63,615 bases of DNA from a virus (Duplodnaviria; Caudoviricetes), in IMG/VR virus record IMGVR_UViG_3300027699_000001, positions 1 to 63,615 of that record; one strand, written 5' to 3'. The position numbers were made by a program, and so were the translations under genes. Numbering within the stretch: the first letter of the stretch is position 1; every line of letters begins with the position of its first letter. A model generated the notes under the pieces. That model saw nothing but the letters and a program-made list of their open reading frames with translations, was not told the origin of the DNA and did no database searches. Of this stretch, positions 1 through 10,317 are shown piece by piece.

Positions 1-180
1 AAAAGAAAAATCAAAACTAGTATTTACTTGGACCATATCACCCCATATAATCCAAAACATTTTAGTGAATATTATATTCTGTGCTTCTCTAAAAGTTAGA
101 GCATTCTTTAATGTAACAAATTTTTTCTTTAAAATTTGCCAATTGTGATCTTTTTGACCTATATAAACTATATCATACAT
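1..180 (-). CDS. Glycosyltransferase-like protein, 5' part only (runs off window)
   Basis: Hand-translated from ATG at 180, which abuts the upstream stop: MYDIVYIGQKDHNWQILKKKF...FTKCFWIIWGD. It resembles the YDIIYLSY...FITVDGD N-terminus of 7133-8074. Confidence 0.6.
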   Translation of the reverse strand, partial: MYDIVYIGQKDHNWQILKKKFVTLKNALTFREAQNIIFTKMFWIIWGDMVQVNTSFDFSF

Positions 181-1476
181 TTAATATTTTCTACCATATC
201 TCATTTCATCAAATAATTTTAAAAATTTTACTTGGTGAGTTATTCCTAAATATTTTTCTCTATTAACTTTAGTAAATTCTTTTACTTGCTCTAATTTTTT
301 TTCAGTATCACAACTATCTCGTATGCGAATAAGCTCATCACAAATTAATTTTGCTCTTTTAGGAAAATCTAAAAATGTATCATATTCTTCATTGATAATA
401 TCATAAAACGTAAAATAGCCTTCTCTATTTAAATATTTAATAAGTTGACAACTTCCAAGAATAATAAAAGGTTTACCCATAGCAATTAATTGCCATATTT
501 CAAAATTTGTAAATAAAGAATTTATTTCATCCATATATTGATCATTTTTATGGGCTGCAAAACGAGGCGTTACTATAGTAAATAAACTATCTTTATGATA
601 TGATATATCGTCTTTTAAATTAAAATTTATTCCTTCTTCTTGTAATATAGAAATTATTTTTTTCTTCTTTTCTACATATTCATCATCTCTATAAAGATCT
701 AACAAATTAGGATCTTTATAATTTATTTCAAAATCTACAGGATGATAATTAATAATTCCTTCATTATCTAAATTATTTGCTATTAATTCACTGATGAGAC
801 TTAACCTATGTATAGAAGTATTTTTAGTTACAGAATAAAATAATTTTTTAGGTTTAAACTTATCTAAATCAAACTGCTTTATAGGTAAAATGGGTGCTCC
901 TAAAAAATAATTATAACCAAAATTTGTGTATTTTCTTTTACAAATTTTATCACAAATAATTAATCTACTTTCAATTTGCCACCAATCTAAAGAATAAGTC
1001 TTATAAGGTTGGAGTAATTTTTTATAAGAATTATTTAAATCACTTGTTACAATAAAAATATTATTATAAGAAATTCCTATAGATAAAAACTTATCTGCTA
1101 AATCTTTAACATATAATAATTCTTGCCTACCTTGAAACTCCAATCCTAAAAGTAAAAGTTTTAATTCACCTCTTTGTAAATATTCTAATGTTTCCCCAGA
1201 TATATTTAAATTAATACCTCTTACATCTACTTCTAAAGGATAAAATAAATTTAAACAAATATTTCCATCTGTAAATAATTCTATATTACAATCATTTTGC
1301 AACATTGTATAATAGAAACTAGATATTATTTTTACAATAGGTTGCTCAGAACCTGGCTCAAATCTAGGCTTTCCTAAAGGGAAAGGCCACTTCCTTTTAT
1401 CAATAAAATATTCACCAATACCATTTGGTACTGGCCCTTCTTTTGTAATTCGATCATAATAAAAATTAATCGGCAT
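181..1476 (-). CDS. Putative glycosyltransferase-like protein (GT-B/exostosin-like C-terminus)
   Basis: 431 aa. HRLSLI...KPFIILG...KYLNREGYFTF..IINEEYD pattern recalled from large-phage GT-like proteins, plus cassette context. Function tentative. Confidence 0.4.
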   Translation of the reverse strand: MPINFYYDRITKEGPVPNGIGEYFIDKRKWPFPLGKPRFEPGSEQPIVKIISSFYYTMLQNDCNIELFTDGNICLNLFYPLEVDVRGINLNISGETLEYLQRGELKLLLLGLEFQGRQELLYVKDLADKFLSIGISYNNIFIVTSDLNNSYKKLLQPYKTYSLDWWQIESRLIICDKICKRKYTNFGYNYFLGAPILPIKQFDLDKFKPKKLFYSVTKNTSIHRLSLISELIANNLDNEGIINYHPVDFEINYKDPNLLDLYRDDEYVEKKKKIISILQEEGINFNLKDDISYHKDSLFTIVTPRFAAHKNDQYMDEINSLFTNFEIWQLIAMGKPFIILGSCQLIKYLNREGYFTFYDIINEEYDTFLDFPKRAKLICDELIRIRDSCDTEKKLEQVKEFTKVNREKYLGITHQVKFLKLFDEMRYGRKY

Positions 1477-2432
1477 TAGTGCTTACGATAAGGTTGTCGC
1501 CAATCACGAGGATCATTTGGATCATAGTAGTTTGCAATATAATCGGCATCATCTTTACTAGGCAAAGTAAGTTCTTCCGGAACTGAATAAACTTTTGTTT
1601 TAGGTAATAAATCTAATTCAGTCATTTCTTTATCAAGAACTTCTGACCAAGCAATATGACCACATTCCTGAAAATGGTGCCATCTCCCATCTTTTTTAGG
1701 ATTGTGTCCTTTATTAATTAAATGCGCATAATAAATTTCTTCAGGATCAAAAGGATGCCGATAATAAATATCTTTTGCTAAAATATTACACCCTTCTAAA
1801 TCAAAAGATCTATCTTCTTGATTAAACTCATCAGGGAGAGGATGCTTAAGAACATCTTTTATTTTATGAAATGGTTTAACACATTCTACTGCATTAAACA
1901 TATAATATGATATATTTTTATCTCGCAAAAAAGAACGTAAAAGTTGATATTGAAAAAGATGATTATACACTTGAACATCATAAGGTTGAAGAGCTATTAA
2001 ATCTCTCCATAATTTCCAAAATTTTACAATTTTTTTATCTTGAAGTTTTGTCCAGTTTGGCATTAAATCAATATGCGCCGAAAGCAATTTTAAATTACCT
2101 TCATAAGGAAGTGCTAATCGAGGATAACCTGACCAGCCAATTAATGAAATTATCTCAGAAGGATCATATTGTGTTAATAATTGATTTACTTTCCTTACTG
2201 TATTTCTCATTATTGTTATATTATCTAATCCTGCATGACATACATTAACGTGACGTAAATTATTTTTTCTAGAAAGGTGTCCTGCAAACGAACGATATTG
2301 TTCTTCTCTACGTATTTCTTTACGAAAACGATGACCTTTTGGATAACCTTGTTCTCCTAAAATTTCAAATCCTGCAGAATGACTACAACCTGTTACTAAT
2401 AATACTTTAAGTTTAGATGTATCTACCATCAA
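1476..2432 (-). CDS. SGNH/GDSL-hydrolase-like protein (possible acyl esterase/transferase)
   Basis: Block I-like VTGCSHSAG, block II-like NVCHAGLDN, and C-terminal WHHFQECGH resembling block V. Confidence 0.55.
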   Translation of the reverse strand: MMVDTSKLKVLLVTGCSHSAGFEILGEQGYPKGHRFRKEIRREEQYRSFAGHLSRKNNLRHVNVCHAGLDNITIMRNTVRKVNQLLTQYDPSEIISLIGWSGYPRLALPYEGNLKLLSAHIDLMPNWTKLQDKKIVKFWKLWRDLIALQPYDVQVYNHLFQYQLLRSFLRDKNISYYMFNAVECVKPFHKIKDVLKHPLPDEFNQEDRSFDLEGCNILAKDIYYRHPFDPEEIYYAHLINKGHNPKKDGRWHHFQECGHIAWSEVLDKEMTELDLLPKTKVYSVPEELTLPSKDDADYIANYYDPNDPRDWRQPYRKH

Positions 2433-4513
2433 AATTCCTCCTTGCTTACCATTAAATCACCACCACACAAACAATTTAAAGAAGAACACATTATTGGTCG
2501 ACGCAAAGCGTCCCAATCAATTACTTGCCAATTATCTAATGTACCTATAAATCCGCCTTCATGACAATTACCCCTTTTAATGCTTCCATCACGATCTATA
2601 AATAACGATTCTTTACCAATATGACAATTATAATTAAAAAAGTTTGTTTCTCCATTTCTAATAGGATCTTCTGATAATTCAAATACTTTTTGATCTTCAT
2701 TCTTATATTTAATAAAAATATCCTTAGCAGGGTGTTTTTCTCTACTATGGGTACCTCTGTGACGTCTTATATGTTTAAAATTATTAATAAATTCTAATTG
2801 ATCATCTGTATACTTTATATCACAAAGTTTAAAACCTATATTACCATACTGTTCATCAATAATAACTGCATCGATATTAGCTTTTGTTTCTTCTTTAATA
2901 CGTTCTAAAAAATCCATTGTTTGATCCCAGTATAACGGGTCTAACATTATTCTAGCTGTTGTGGGTACTAAACCTAAAGATATATTTAACTTTCTAATAT
3001 ATTCATCTTCAGTATTATTCGGAAACACCATTGCTGGATGAAAACTAGCACATACTTGTGTAACATATTTAAAAGTTCTTTCTATAAATTGCTCTGACCT
3101 TGTAAGATTCGTTGATAAATTTATATGATGAGAGTTGTTATGTACTTCTTTAACTAGTTGAGAGAAAAAAGGACTTAATGTTGGTTCTCCTCCACTTAAT
3201 GAAAAAATTATTTTACGGTTGTCATTTTCTATAGAATAAAAATTAAATAAATGTTTTAAAAATGGGAAAATATGATGCCAGTTATATTTGTGATTTTTTC
3301 CATTTTGAAGAATAGGTGGACAATAACGACAACTATATGTACATACATCATTTATTATCCAAGTAATTATACTAGTTTTAGGATTAAAAATTTTTTCTAT
3401 CTTTTTACCTACTACTGGTTTTGGTTTTTTCCAAATAGGTTTACGATGTATCGGCGTAGTAAATGGTGCTCTTTTATGGTAAACGTCTCTTGGAACTACT
3501 GCCATTGAATAAATGGTATTAAATTGTTTAAAATTATCATTTATAATACCTATACTTGGTAAATAAAATTCTTCACAATGTTCCCAAATCAGTTCCCCAA
3601 TCTTTATATACCCTTCTCGATTTTCAATAAAATTACCAAATTTAAATCCTAATTTTTCATTAACTTGTAAATCATGCCATTTAGTAGAATAGTAATATAT
3701 ATCCTTAGGATTGTCATTATCCGGAGATAATCTAACATGCACTTCATTAGACCAAGTTGTTTGTGGAGCAATTGCATTTCGATCTATTGCATCTTGATCA
3801 CCATCTATAACAATATGATGTAAATTTTTTCCTAAGGTGTTATAACCCAAACAAAAATCTCCAAATTTTAAAAATGGACTCATACTATAAAAATCTTCCG
3901 ATTCTAAAATAAAATCTGTTCTTGGATTAAAACTAATAGTCATATTACCACGAGTATTATATCCTTCTTCTACCGGAGTTACTTCATGTGTATGTATTAA
4001 TGAATTTAAAGTTAGAAAAGCACTATTAAGTTCTTCATTAAAAGTTATTCCTGGCCATATTTTTGCAAGGGGAGAATTTTCAGGTATTCTTAAATACGCA
4101 TCTCCCCACCAGTCTTCTTCTAATTTTTCTTCTAAACGTTCTCCATACCTCTCATAACATTCATGAAGCACATTGAGGAAATTATTATCTAACCGTGTAT
4201 TACCTCTTGAATCAATAAAAGTTTTAATTTTAGGAATTTGTTCGTCATAATATTCGTTTATTTTTTTAATAATAGTTTCTAAATTTTTTAAATTTTTATT
4301 CCTGTCGGGAGAAGATGTTTTAAATGCCCGATCTTTATAATCATGAGCACCGCTAGTTAATTCTATAAAATGCTCTAACCATTTATGTGCTATAGGAATA
4401 TCATATAATTGAAAGAACAAATCTAAGTAATCCCAAGTAGCAGGATCCGTTAATGTAATTCTTATTACAGGATCTACTACTACATCATTAAGTTTATCGT
4501 ATTCAATTTGCAT
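2429..4513 (-). CDS. Radical SAM protein with ~370-aa unknown N-terminal domain and C-terminal twitch/SPASM-like Cys cluster
   Basis: CTYSCRYC (CxxxCxxC), SGGEPT, STNL, and C-terminal CHIG...GNC...CSSLNCLC. Confidence 0.85.
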   Translation of the reverse strand: MQIEYDKLNDVVVDPVIRITLTDPATWDYLDLFFQLYDIPIAHKWLEHFIELTSGAHDYKDRAFKTSSPDRNKNLKNLETIIKKINEYYDEQIPKIKTFIDSRGNTRLDNNFLNVLHECYERYGERLEEKLEEDWWGDAYLRIPENSPLAKIWPGITFNEELNSAFLTLNSLIHTHEVTPVEEGYNTRGNMTISFNPRTDFILESEDFYSMSPFLKFGDFCLGYNTLGKNLHHIVIDGDQDAIDRNAIAPQTTWSNEVHVRLSPDNDNPKDIYYYSTKWHDLQVNEKLGFKFGNFIENREGYIKIGELIWEHCEEFYLPSIGIINDNFKQFNTIYSMAVVPRDVYHKRAPFTTPIHRKPIWKKPKPVVGKKIEKIFNPKTSIITWIINDVCTYSCRYCPPILQNGKNHKYNWHHIFPFLKHLFNFYSIENDNRKIIFSLSGGEPTLSPFFSQLVKEVHNNSHHINLSTNLTRSEQFIERTFKYVTQVCASFHPAMVFPNNTEDEYIRKLNISLGLVPTTARIMLDPLYWDQTMDFLERIKEETKANIDAVIIDEQYGNIGFKLCDIKYTDDQLEFINNFKHIRRHRGTHSREKHPAKDIFIKYKNEDQKVFELSEDPIRNGETNFFNYNCHIGKESLFIDRDGSIKRGNCHEGGFIGTLDNWQVIDWDALRRPIMCSSLNCLCGGDLMVSKEEF

Positions 4514-5762
4514 TTTCTAAAACCTTATAAAATTCCGGAAATGTTTTTTTAAAACTTGTATTCCGTATTTTGTCTAATTTATCTCGATAATCAATAAATT
4601 GAGGATATAAATCTGATAAATCTTCACTATCCATAAAATCTAATTGTGAAAGTATTTTTTCTCGCCACTGTTTATTATATTTTAACTCTTCAAAACTTTC
4701 CCATTTTTTCCTTATTTCAGATTTAATTGATTTAGGAAAAACTTTAATAGATAGGTATCTCGGCCAATGTACTGTTCCGGCATGAAATACTCCACTATGA
4801 TGTAAATGGCCTACTCTTTTAAATTTACTCTTAAGCATGTTTTCTGCAAACTCAGGTATATAATACACGTTCATTGCATGAATTGTTGCTAAAACTTTCA
4901 CATCAATATTGTCAGGTGTTTTATCTAACTTTTTAAGATTTCCAGAAATTAATTCCCAATTAGCCGGGTATCGTACATATTCTAAATGTTCTCCCCAAGC
5001 GTCTATACTAGCCATTACTTCTACAAACTTAAATTCCTTCCATAAATTTACTATTTCCTCAGAAATAATAGTTCCATTAGTATGATAACGCAATTCTATA
5101 TTTTTACTATAACCAAACTTTACTAAATTCTTTATTAACTGTAAATGTTCTTTTATAAGCAAAGGTTCGCCGCCAGCAAAAATAAGATGCCTTATAGTAG
5201 AAAACATTGGTTCAAAATCTTTCCAAAGTTTTTCTTTTTTATACCATTCAAATTGATCGGTATCTATATTTGATTTATGCTCCCAGTCCCATTTAGCATC
5301 TGTCTCTAAAATATCTTTAAGTTTTTTAGCATTACTTAACCACATACTACTATCTTGAGGACGACACATAACACATTGTAAGTTACAAGTATTACCTAAT
5401 CTTAAATCTAGAGTTATAAAATTTTCAGTTAGTGTTCCATCTTTCTTTGTAGATGATATTAATTCTGCAATTCTATCCTCTCCTAATTTATTTTCCCAAA
5501 GAACATTTTCATTTATTCTATGACTGCGAATACCTGCCGCTTCTTCTTTATAGCAATGGTCACATGCTGATACCTTTTCACCTTTTAACATTTTTACACG
5601 AGCATCTTTAAAATGCTCACTATTCCATATAGTATCAACACTATCCTTATTAAAATTTAACTTATGAGAATTCTGTGCTACACAACAAAGTAAAGCACTT
5701 CCGTCGGTCCAAGTCGCAATATGGGTCCAAGGTAAGATACAAAATGTTTCTGATTTATTCAT
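4503..5762 (-). CDS. Radical SAM protein with N-terminal SPASM/twitch-like Cys domain
   Basis: CNLQCVMC, AGGEPL, HTNGT, and N-terminal FCILPW...CC...WNS...CDHCY. Start moved from 5807 to ATG 5762, which overlaps the upstream stop and aligns with the paralog. Confidence 0.88.
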   Translation of the reverse strand: MNKSETFCILPWTHIATWTDGSALLCCVAQNSHKLNFNKDSVDTIWNSEHFKDARVKMLKGEKVSACDHCYKEEAAGIRSHRINENVLWENKLGEDRIAELISSTKKDGTLTENFITLDLRLGNTCNLQCVMCRPQDSSMWLSNAKKLKDILETDAKWDWEHKSNIDTDQFEWYKKEKLWKDFEPMFSTIRHLIFAGGEPLLIKEHLQLIKNLVKFGYSKNIELRYHTNGTIISEEIVNLWKEFKFVEVMASIDAWGEHLEYVRYPANWELISGNLKKLDKTPDNIDVKVLATIHAMNVYYIPEFAENMLKSKFKRVGHLHHSGVFHAGTVHWPRYLSIKVFPKSIKSEIRKKWESFEELKYNKQWREKILSQLDFMDSEDLSDLYPQFIDYRDKLDKIRNTSFKKTFPEFYKVLENAN

Positions 5763-7143
5763 TTTTAAAATCATCCCAAACACTTGGATCCACTTGTAGT
5801 TTTTCATAATAAAGATCTAACTCCGATGCTAAATCGGGTATCAAGTCTTTAAAACTTTGTGAACGCTTTTTATCTAAAATGTCTGTCATTGTTAAAAATT
5901 GTTTATATAACTCGTCATGCTTTACATGTAACTCTTTTCTAAATAAAGAAATTATTCCATCAACACTTTCTTTTACTAAGTTATTACTAGAATAACGATC
6001 ACTACTATCTCTATATACTTCTAAATTTTTTGCGCCTATTTCTCGAATACTCTGAGGAATTATAGTTACATCTAAAAATGTTGGATGATTATTAATTAAA
6101 AAATTTACATTAATATTCTTTTTATAATCCTTGGATATACGATCGGCATAATACAAAAGATTATGACAATCTAAAATGTTATAAACTTGTACAACCGGTG
6201 TTATTCCTAAATCTACATTAGATAATTCTGCTAACTTTCTAAAATTCTTTTCAACATGGGACCATTTAGCAGGATATCTAATATAATCATTAACTTTTTC
6301 ATATCCATCTAAACTACAATTAATTTTAAGGCTCTTAAATTGGCTAACCAATTTTAAAAATTTATCAGTAACATTGGTACAATTAATATTAAAAAATAAT
6401 TCTATATCGTGATTATATCCTGCAGAAATACATTCTTCCATAAATCTATAATTATTTTCTATTAATGTCGGCTCTCCTCCTGTCATATAAACTTTTTTAA
6501 GATTAGGAATCATAGATATAATTTCATTCCATAAAAAATTTCGATCAAATACAGGTTGAACCTCTTTTAAATAAAGTGGATTTACTCCAAATTGATCTCT
6601 CCATACCTTAGAATATTCATTATATACACGACTATCAGCTTCTACACCACCTTCAAAAAGTTGGAAATGCTCTTTTGCTAACTGACTACTATTCCAAGGA
6701 TTACACATACGACATTTTAAATTACATAAATTTCCTAATCTTAAATCTAAATAAACAGGCGGCAATGATATTTTATAATTATTATCTATAGCTTCTTGGA
6801 CATAATTATTAAACATATCACCCAATCTATTCTCCCATTCTGCTGTCATCATCTGACGAAAACTTGTTGCACCCATTTCTTCTTGCTTATAACAATTAGC
6901 ACATGCTTCTAATTTTGTACCATTAAGCATTGCTTTTCGAGTTTCAATCATTGTATAACTGTTCCAAGATTCTAAAAGACTCGTATCTTCAATACTTAAT
7001 TTTTCTCCAAGCGTTTCGTCGATAGTAGGTTTTTCTCTTAAAATTGCTTTTGGGCCAAATGCTATACAACAGTATCTTGTAAAAGTATCTGTATTAAGCA
7101 TAAGACCGATAAAGGGCATTGCACAAAACGATTTATTTTTCAT
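5755..7143 (-). CDS. Radical SAM protein with N-terminal SPASM/twitch-like Cys domain (paralog of 4503-5762)
   Basis: LDLRLGNLCNLKCRMC, TGGEPT, YIRYPAKW, and N-terminal FCAMPF...CC...WNS...CANCY. Confidence 0.88.
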   Translation of the reverse strand: MKNKSFCAMPFIGLMLNTDTFTRYCCIAFGPKAILREKPTIDETLGEKLSIEDTSLLESWNSYTMIETRKAMLNGTKLEACANCYKQEEMGATSFRQMMTAEWENRLGDMFNNYVQEAIDNNYKISLPPVYLDLRLGNLCNLKCRMCNPWNSSQLAKEHFQLFEGGVEADSRVYNEYSKVWRDQFGVNPLYLKEVQPVFDRNFLWNEIISMIPNLKKVYMTGGEPTLIENNYRFMEECISAGYNHDIELFFNINCTNVTDKFLKLVSQFKSLKINCSLDGYEKVNDYIRYPAKWSHVEKNFRKLAELSNVDLGITPVVQVYNILDCHNLLYYADRISKDYKKNINVNFLINNHPTFLDVTIIPQSIREIGAKNLEVYRDSSDRYSSNNLVKESVDGIISLFRKELHVKHDELYKQFLTMTDILDKKRSQSFKDLIPDLASELDLYYEKLQVDPSVWDDFKNE

Positions 7144-8074
7144 TATCTTTTATCTCATTATCTATGATATTAACTGTGGGTACTCTATCAGGATTACGAA
7201 AAACTTTTTTAAAAAATTTACTTTGACCTGCATTAAATGGGAGGGGATCAATAGGTATATTAGTTTTACGAACTAGCATTTCTCCTAGCTCAATTATCTT
7301 ATCTAATAAATTTTCTTCTTTAACTTTATTATTTTCCCACATCTCATTTAAATATTTAAAATTACGAACATTTATATAATCCCAATCCGTACACATAGTT
7401 TTATATAAACCATGTCTAGCACCATACACTGCCCACAATCCATTGTCTACATCTGCTCCTACCATTTGCCAAACCCATAAACGATGTAAATTTTTCCAAT
7501 GCCCTTTTAACAAATACGAACTATCTTTAGGTCTTACTCCTCTGTCAAGAGCCATTTTAACACCTTCTCGAAATCCGGCTCGCCAGGCTTGGTGAGGATT
7601 TTCATTATTATAAACATCTGAAAAACATGCATTTTGTTGAATATATTCTAAGTCCCAACAAAAATCTACTTGTGCATGAGGATTATCTGATGCTGCATTC
7701 TCATGAGTACGCATATTTAAAACATGTTTTTTTGGCCAACATTTTAATCCTCCATTGCCATACATTAGCCCATTAATAATATTATAACCACACCAACTTA
7801 TAACTGCATTCTCTAAATTAATATGTTCATCAAAATTAATTGACTGACGTAAAAATTCTTCTTTAATAATATTATCTCCATCAACAGTAATAAATCGATC
7901 TGTTTCTGAAAGATTGGCGCAGGCTTTGTGTGCTGAATCTGATCCTTCTACTCCATGAACTCGTTTTGCCCAAGGAACTTTAGAACATAAATCAGCATAA
8001 TTCTTTTCTGCATTTGGCTCATCATAACTCAAATAAATGATATCATAATCTAAAACTTTAAAAATTTTGCTCAT
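7133..8074 (-). CDS. GT-A fold glycosyltransferase-like protein
   Basis: DIIYLSYDE start, FITVDGDN (DxD), YGNGGLK, AWRAGFREGVK. Confidence 0.65.
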   Translation of the reverse strand: MSKIFKVLDYDIIYLSYDEPNAEKNYADLCSKVPWAKRVHGVEGSDSAHKACANLSETDRFITVDGDNIIKEEFLRQSINFDEHINLENAVISWCGYNIINGLMYGNGGLKCWPKKHVLNMRTHENAASDNPHAQVDFCWDLEYIQQNACFSDVYNNENPHQAWRAGFREGVKMALDRGVRPKDSSYLLKGHWKNLHRLWVWQMVGADVDNGLWAVYGARHGLYKTMCTDWDYINVRNFKYLNEMWENNKVKEENLLDKIIELGEMLVRKTNIPIDPLPFNAGQSKFFKKVFRNPDRVPTVNIIDNEIKDNEK

Positions 8075-8640
8075 TCTATTGTCCTATGATAATATTCTTC
8101 ATGTTTTACATAAGAATATAAACTAATATCTTTTCTGCTAATAGTTTTATTATTAGATTTTTTAATTGTAAAAATTTTATTATTAAAAAATCGTTCCATA
8201 GGTACTTCTAATACATCTAATAAAACATTTGGATTATTTTCTTCAGTTACATATATCTTTTTTATTTTATTCAGTTGCATAACATGAGTTAAAAATTTAG
8301 TATAAACACCAGTTAATTTTGCTCGTGCTTGCCATTCTTTCTTTTTTTGATTTTGAATAATATAAAATATATTATCTTTCATTAATTTAGTTTTAGTTTT
8401 AGGGAATTCATGAATACTTCTTGCTATATCAACTCCTAGTTCTTCTGACCTTATTAAATTAAATTCTCCATTAACTTTATCTAATAATATACGATGATCT
8501 GAAATACTAAACTCTCCAGAAACAAATTTTACATAAGTTTCTTGATCAACTTCTATATAACTATTAGTATTTTCTGGGGATAATTCATTTGTACATTGAA
8601 GAATAGTTCCGTATTCTAAATCATAATAAATATAAAACAT
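8071..8640 (-). CDS. Hypothetical protein
   Basis: 189-aa ORF coupled to both neighbours; no motif recognised. Confidence 0.75.
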   Translation of the reverse strand: MFYIYYDLEYGTILQCTNELSPENTNSYIEVDQETYVKFVSGEFSISDHRILLDKVNGEFNLIRSEELGVDIARSIHEFPKTKTKLMKDNIFYIIQNQKKKEWQARAKLTGVYTKFLTHVMQLNKIKKIYVTEENNPNVLLDVLEVPMERFFNNKIFTIKKSNNKTISRKDISLYSYVKHEEYYHRTIE

Positions 8641-9467
8641 TATAAAGACTCCAATCTTTTAAGAAATTTATCAGTTAAAAATTCTTGGTCAACATAATGA
8701 AGAACATTATTTTGTATATAATTCCCTAGAAGTAAAGTTTTATCATTTCTTAAATAACTCCCTATACTTTTTGTCCATTTCTCAGGAACATCATGCCATC
8801 CCTGTAGATGAGGTTTCATGTGAGTAAACGTAATAGTTGAATCTGATTGTGTTATTTCTTTTTCATTATTTAAAATTTTACTAGCTATACTGCAACATAA
8901 ATCTATACTGCATCCTTGCTGGAAAAGATCAGGAGCACATTTATCATAAAACAGTTCCCAATTTACAACTATTAATTCTAATAAAGTAAAAAATGAATGA
9001 GAATAATCACATTTTTTAAAATAATGAATTGCACTATAAAGATCTGGAAGATTGTTTGCATCAAATGTTTTTCTATAATGTCTACTAGTAACTATTTCAT
9101 TTCGAAAATTCCTAACATTACTAACAAAAAACAAATCTCTTTCTGAAAGAAAATTCCACCATTGTGAAATCTTATGTAATACTAACATATCAGCATCCAT
9201 AACAATAGTATATTCATATGGAGTTACATGATATACTTTCCATCTATTCTCTATTTTCCAATGACTCAATTCTGCTTGATCATTCCAGGGAATCTTAATT
9301 ATTTTATCAAAAACCTTTTGATATTTTTTTGGAACTTTATCATTAGTAATTAATGAAACTTTTTGATCTTTATTAAATTTATGAATACTTAACGCAAGAG
9401 CATACGCTTGCCGTACATAATCCGTATCAGGATTATTCTGTGCTAATATACAAAATCCTTTACTCAT
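8640..9467 (-). CDS. GT-A fold glycosyltransferase (GT8/mannosyltransferase-like)
   Basis: GFCILAQN..DYVRQAYALALSI, TPYEYTIVMDADM (DxD), FTHMK. Start at ATG 9467 preferred because it overlaps the upstream stop and matches the paralog. Confidence 0.7.
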   Translation of the reverse strand: MSKGFCILAQNNPDTDYVRQAYALALSIHKFNKDQKVSLITNDKVPKKYQKVFDKIIKIPWNDQAELSHWKIENRWKVYHVTPYEYTIVMDADMLVLHKISQWWNFLSERDLFFVSNVRNFRNEIVTSRHYRKTFDANNLPDLYSAIHYFKKCDYSHSFFTLLELIVVNWELFYDKCAPDLFQQGCSIDLCCSIASKILNNEKEITQSDSTITFTHMKPHLQGWHDVPEKWTKSIGSYLRNDKTLLLGNYIQNNVLHYVDQEFLTDKFLKRLESL

Positions 9468-10317
9468 TTTTAAACTCAATATCTATCATTCTATTCAAAC
9501 TAAATTTATTCATTACATGAACATTTGAATTAGACATAGTTACTCCGAGAAAATTTCCTGGAGGTGATGCTTCTATTACAAAAAATAATTTATTATCTTT
9601 TATTTCATATAAAACATCCTTGTCTGTTGATACATACATATTACCTGGAAGAACTTTTGGCCAATCATTTGACTGAAATCCATTTAAAATATGAATTGCA
9701 ATACTAAATGCAAAATCATTCCTATATAAACTTCCTGGAATTTGATATATTAATTTATAAAAACTCCAATTTTCTTTAATATGTTTAATTAAATTAAAAT
9801 AAGCTTCTGTCATTTTACTTTTTTTAAAATAAAAAGCAGTTGCCCATCTTAAATTTATAGATTTATCACTTACTCTATTAAAAGGTTGGAATTCTCGTTC
9901 TTTAAATATATCTATAGGATCTTTATAAATTAAAAAATCTTCATTTAACTCAAAACAATTTAATAAATCATTATTGCAAACAATAAAATCTACATCAATA
10001 ACTAATGTTTCGTCAAAAGGTGAAATATCATAACAATCTGGGCGAGTATGATTTTTCCACAACAATATTTTTTCTGTGTATGCTCCATCAAAAAATTTTC
10101 TTGTTTGATGAGTAGACAAAGTCTTCTTTAACTCAATTATTGAATCAATATATTTTTTGTAAAAGGGAAACGAATCTTTTACATAAGAAGAAGACTCTGT
10201 AGCTAACGCTACAGGTAAATTTAAATGTTCTTTTATTTTTTTAGCACAATAAATTGCCTGTTTTACATAGTCAATTTGTGAATTATTTACTGCAAATAAT
10301 AAAACTCCAGATTTCAT
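9460..10317 (-). CDS. GT-A fold glycosyltransferase (paralog of 8640-9467)
   Basis: GVLLFAVN..DYVKQA, SPFDETLVIDVDF (DxD), RNDFAFSIA, HVMNK. Confidence 0.7.
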   Translation of the reverse strand: MKSGVLLFAVNNSQIDYVKQAIYCAKKIKEHLNLPVALATESSSYVKDSFPFYKKYIDSIIELKKTLSTHQTRKFFDGAYTEKILLWKNHTRPDCYDISPFDETLVIDVDFIVCNNDLLNCFELNEDFLIYKDPIDIFKEREFQPFNRVSDKSINLRWATAFYFKKSKMTEAYFNLIKHIKENWSFYKLIYQIPGSLYRNDFAFSIAIHILNGFQSNDWPKVLPGNMYVSTDKDVLYEIKDNKLFFVIEASPPGNFLGVTMSNSNVHVMNKFSLNRMIDIEFKNE

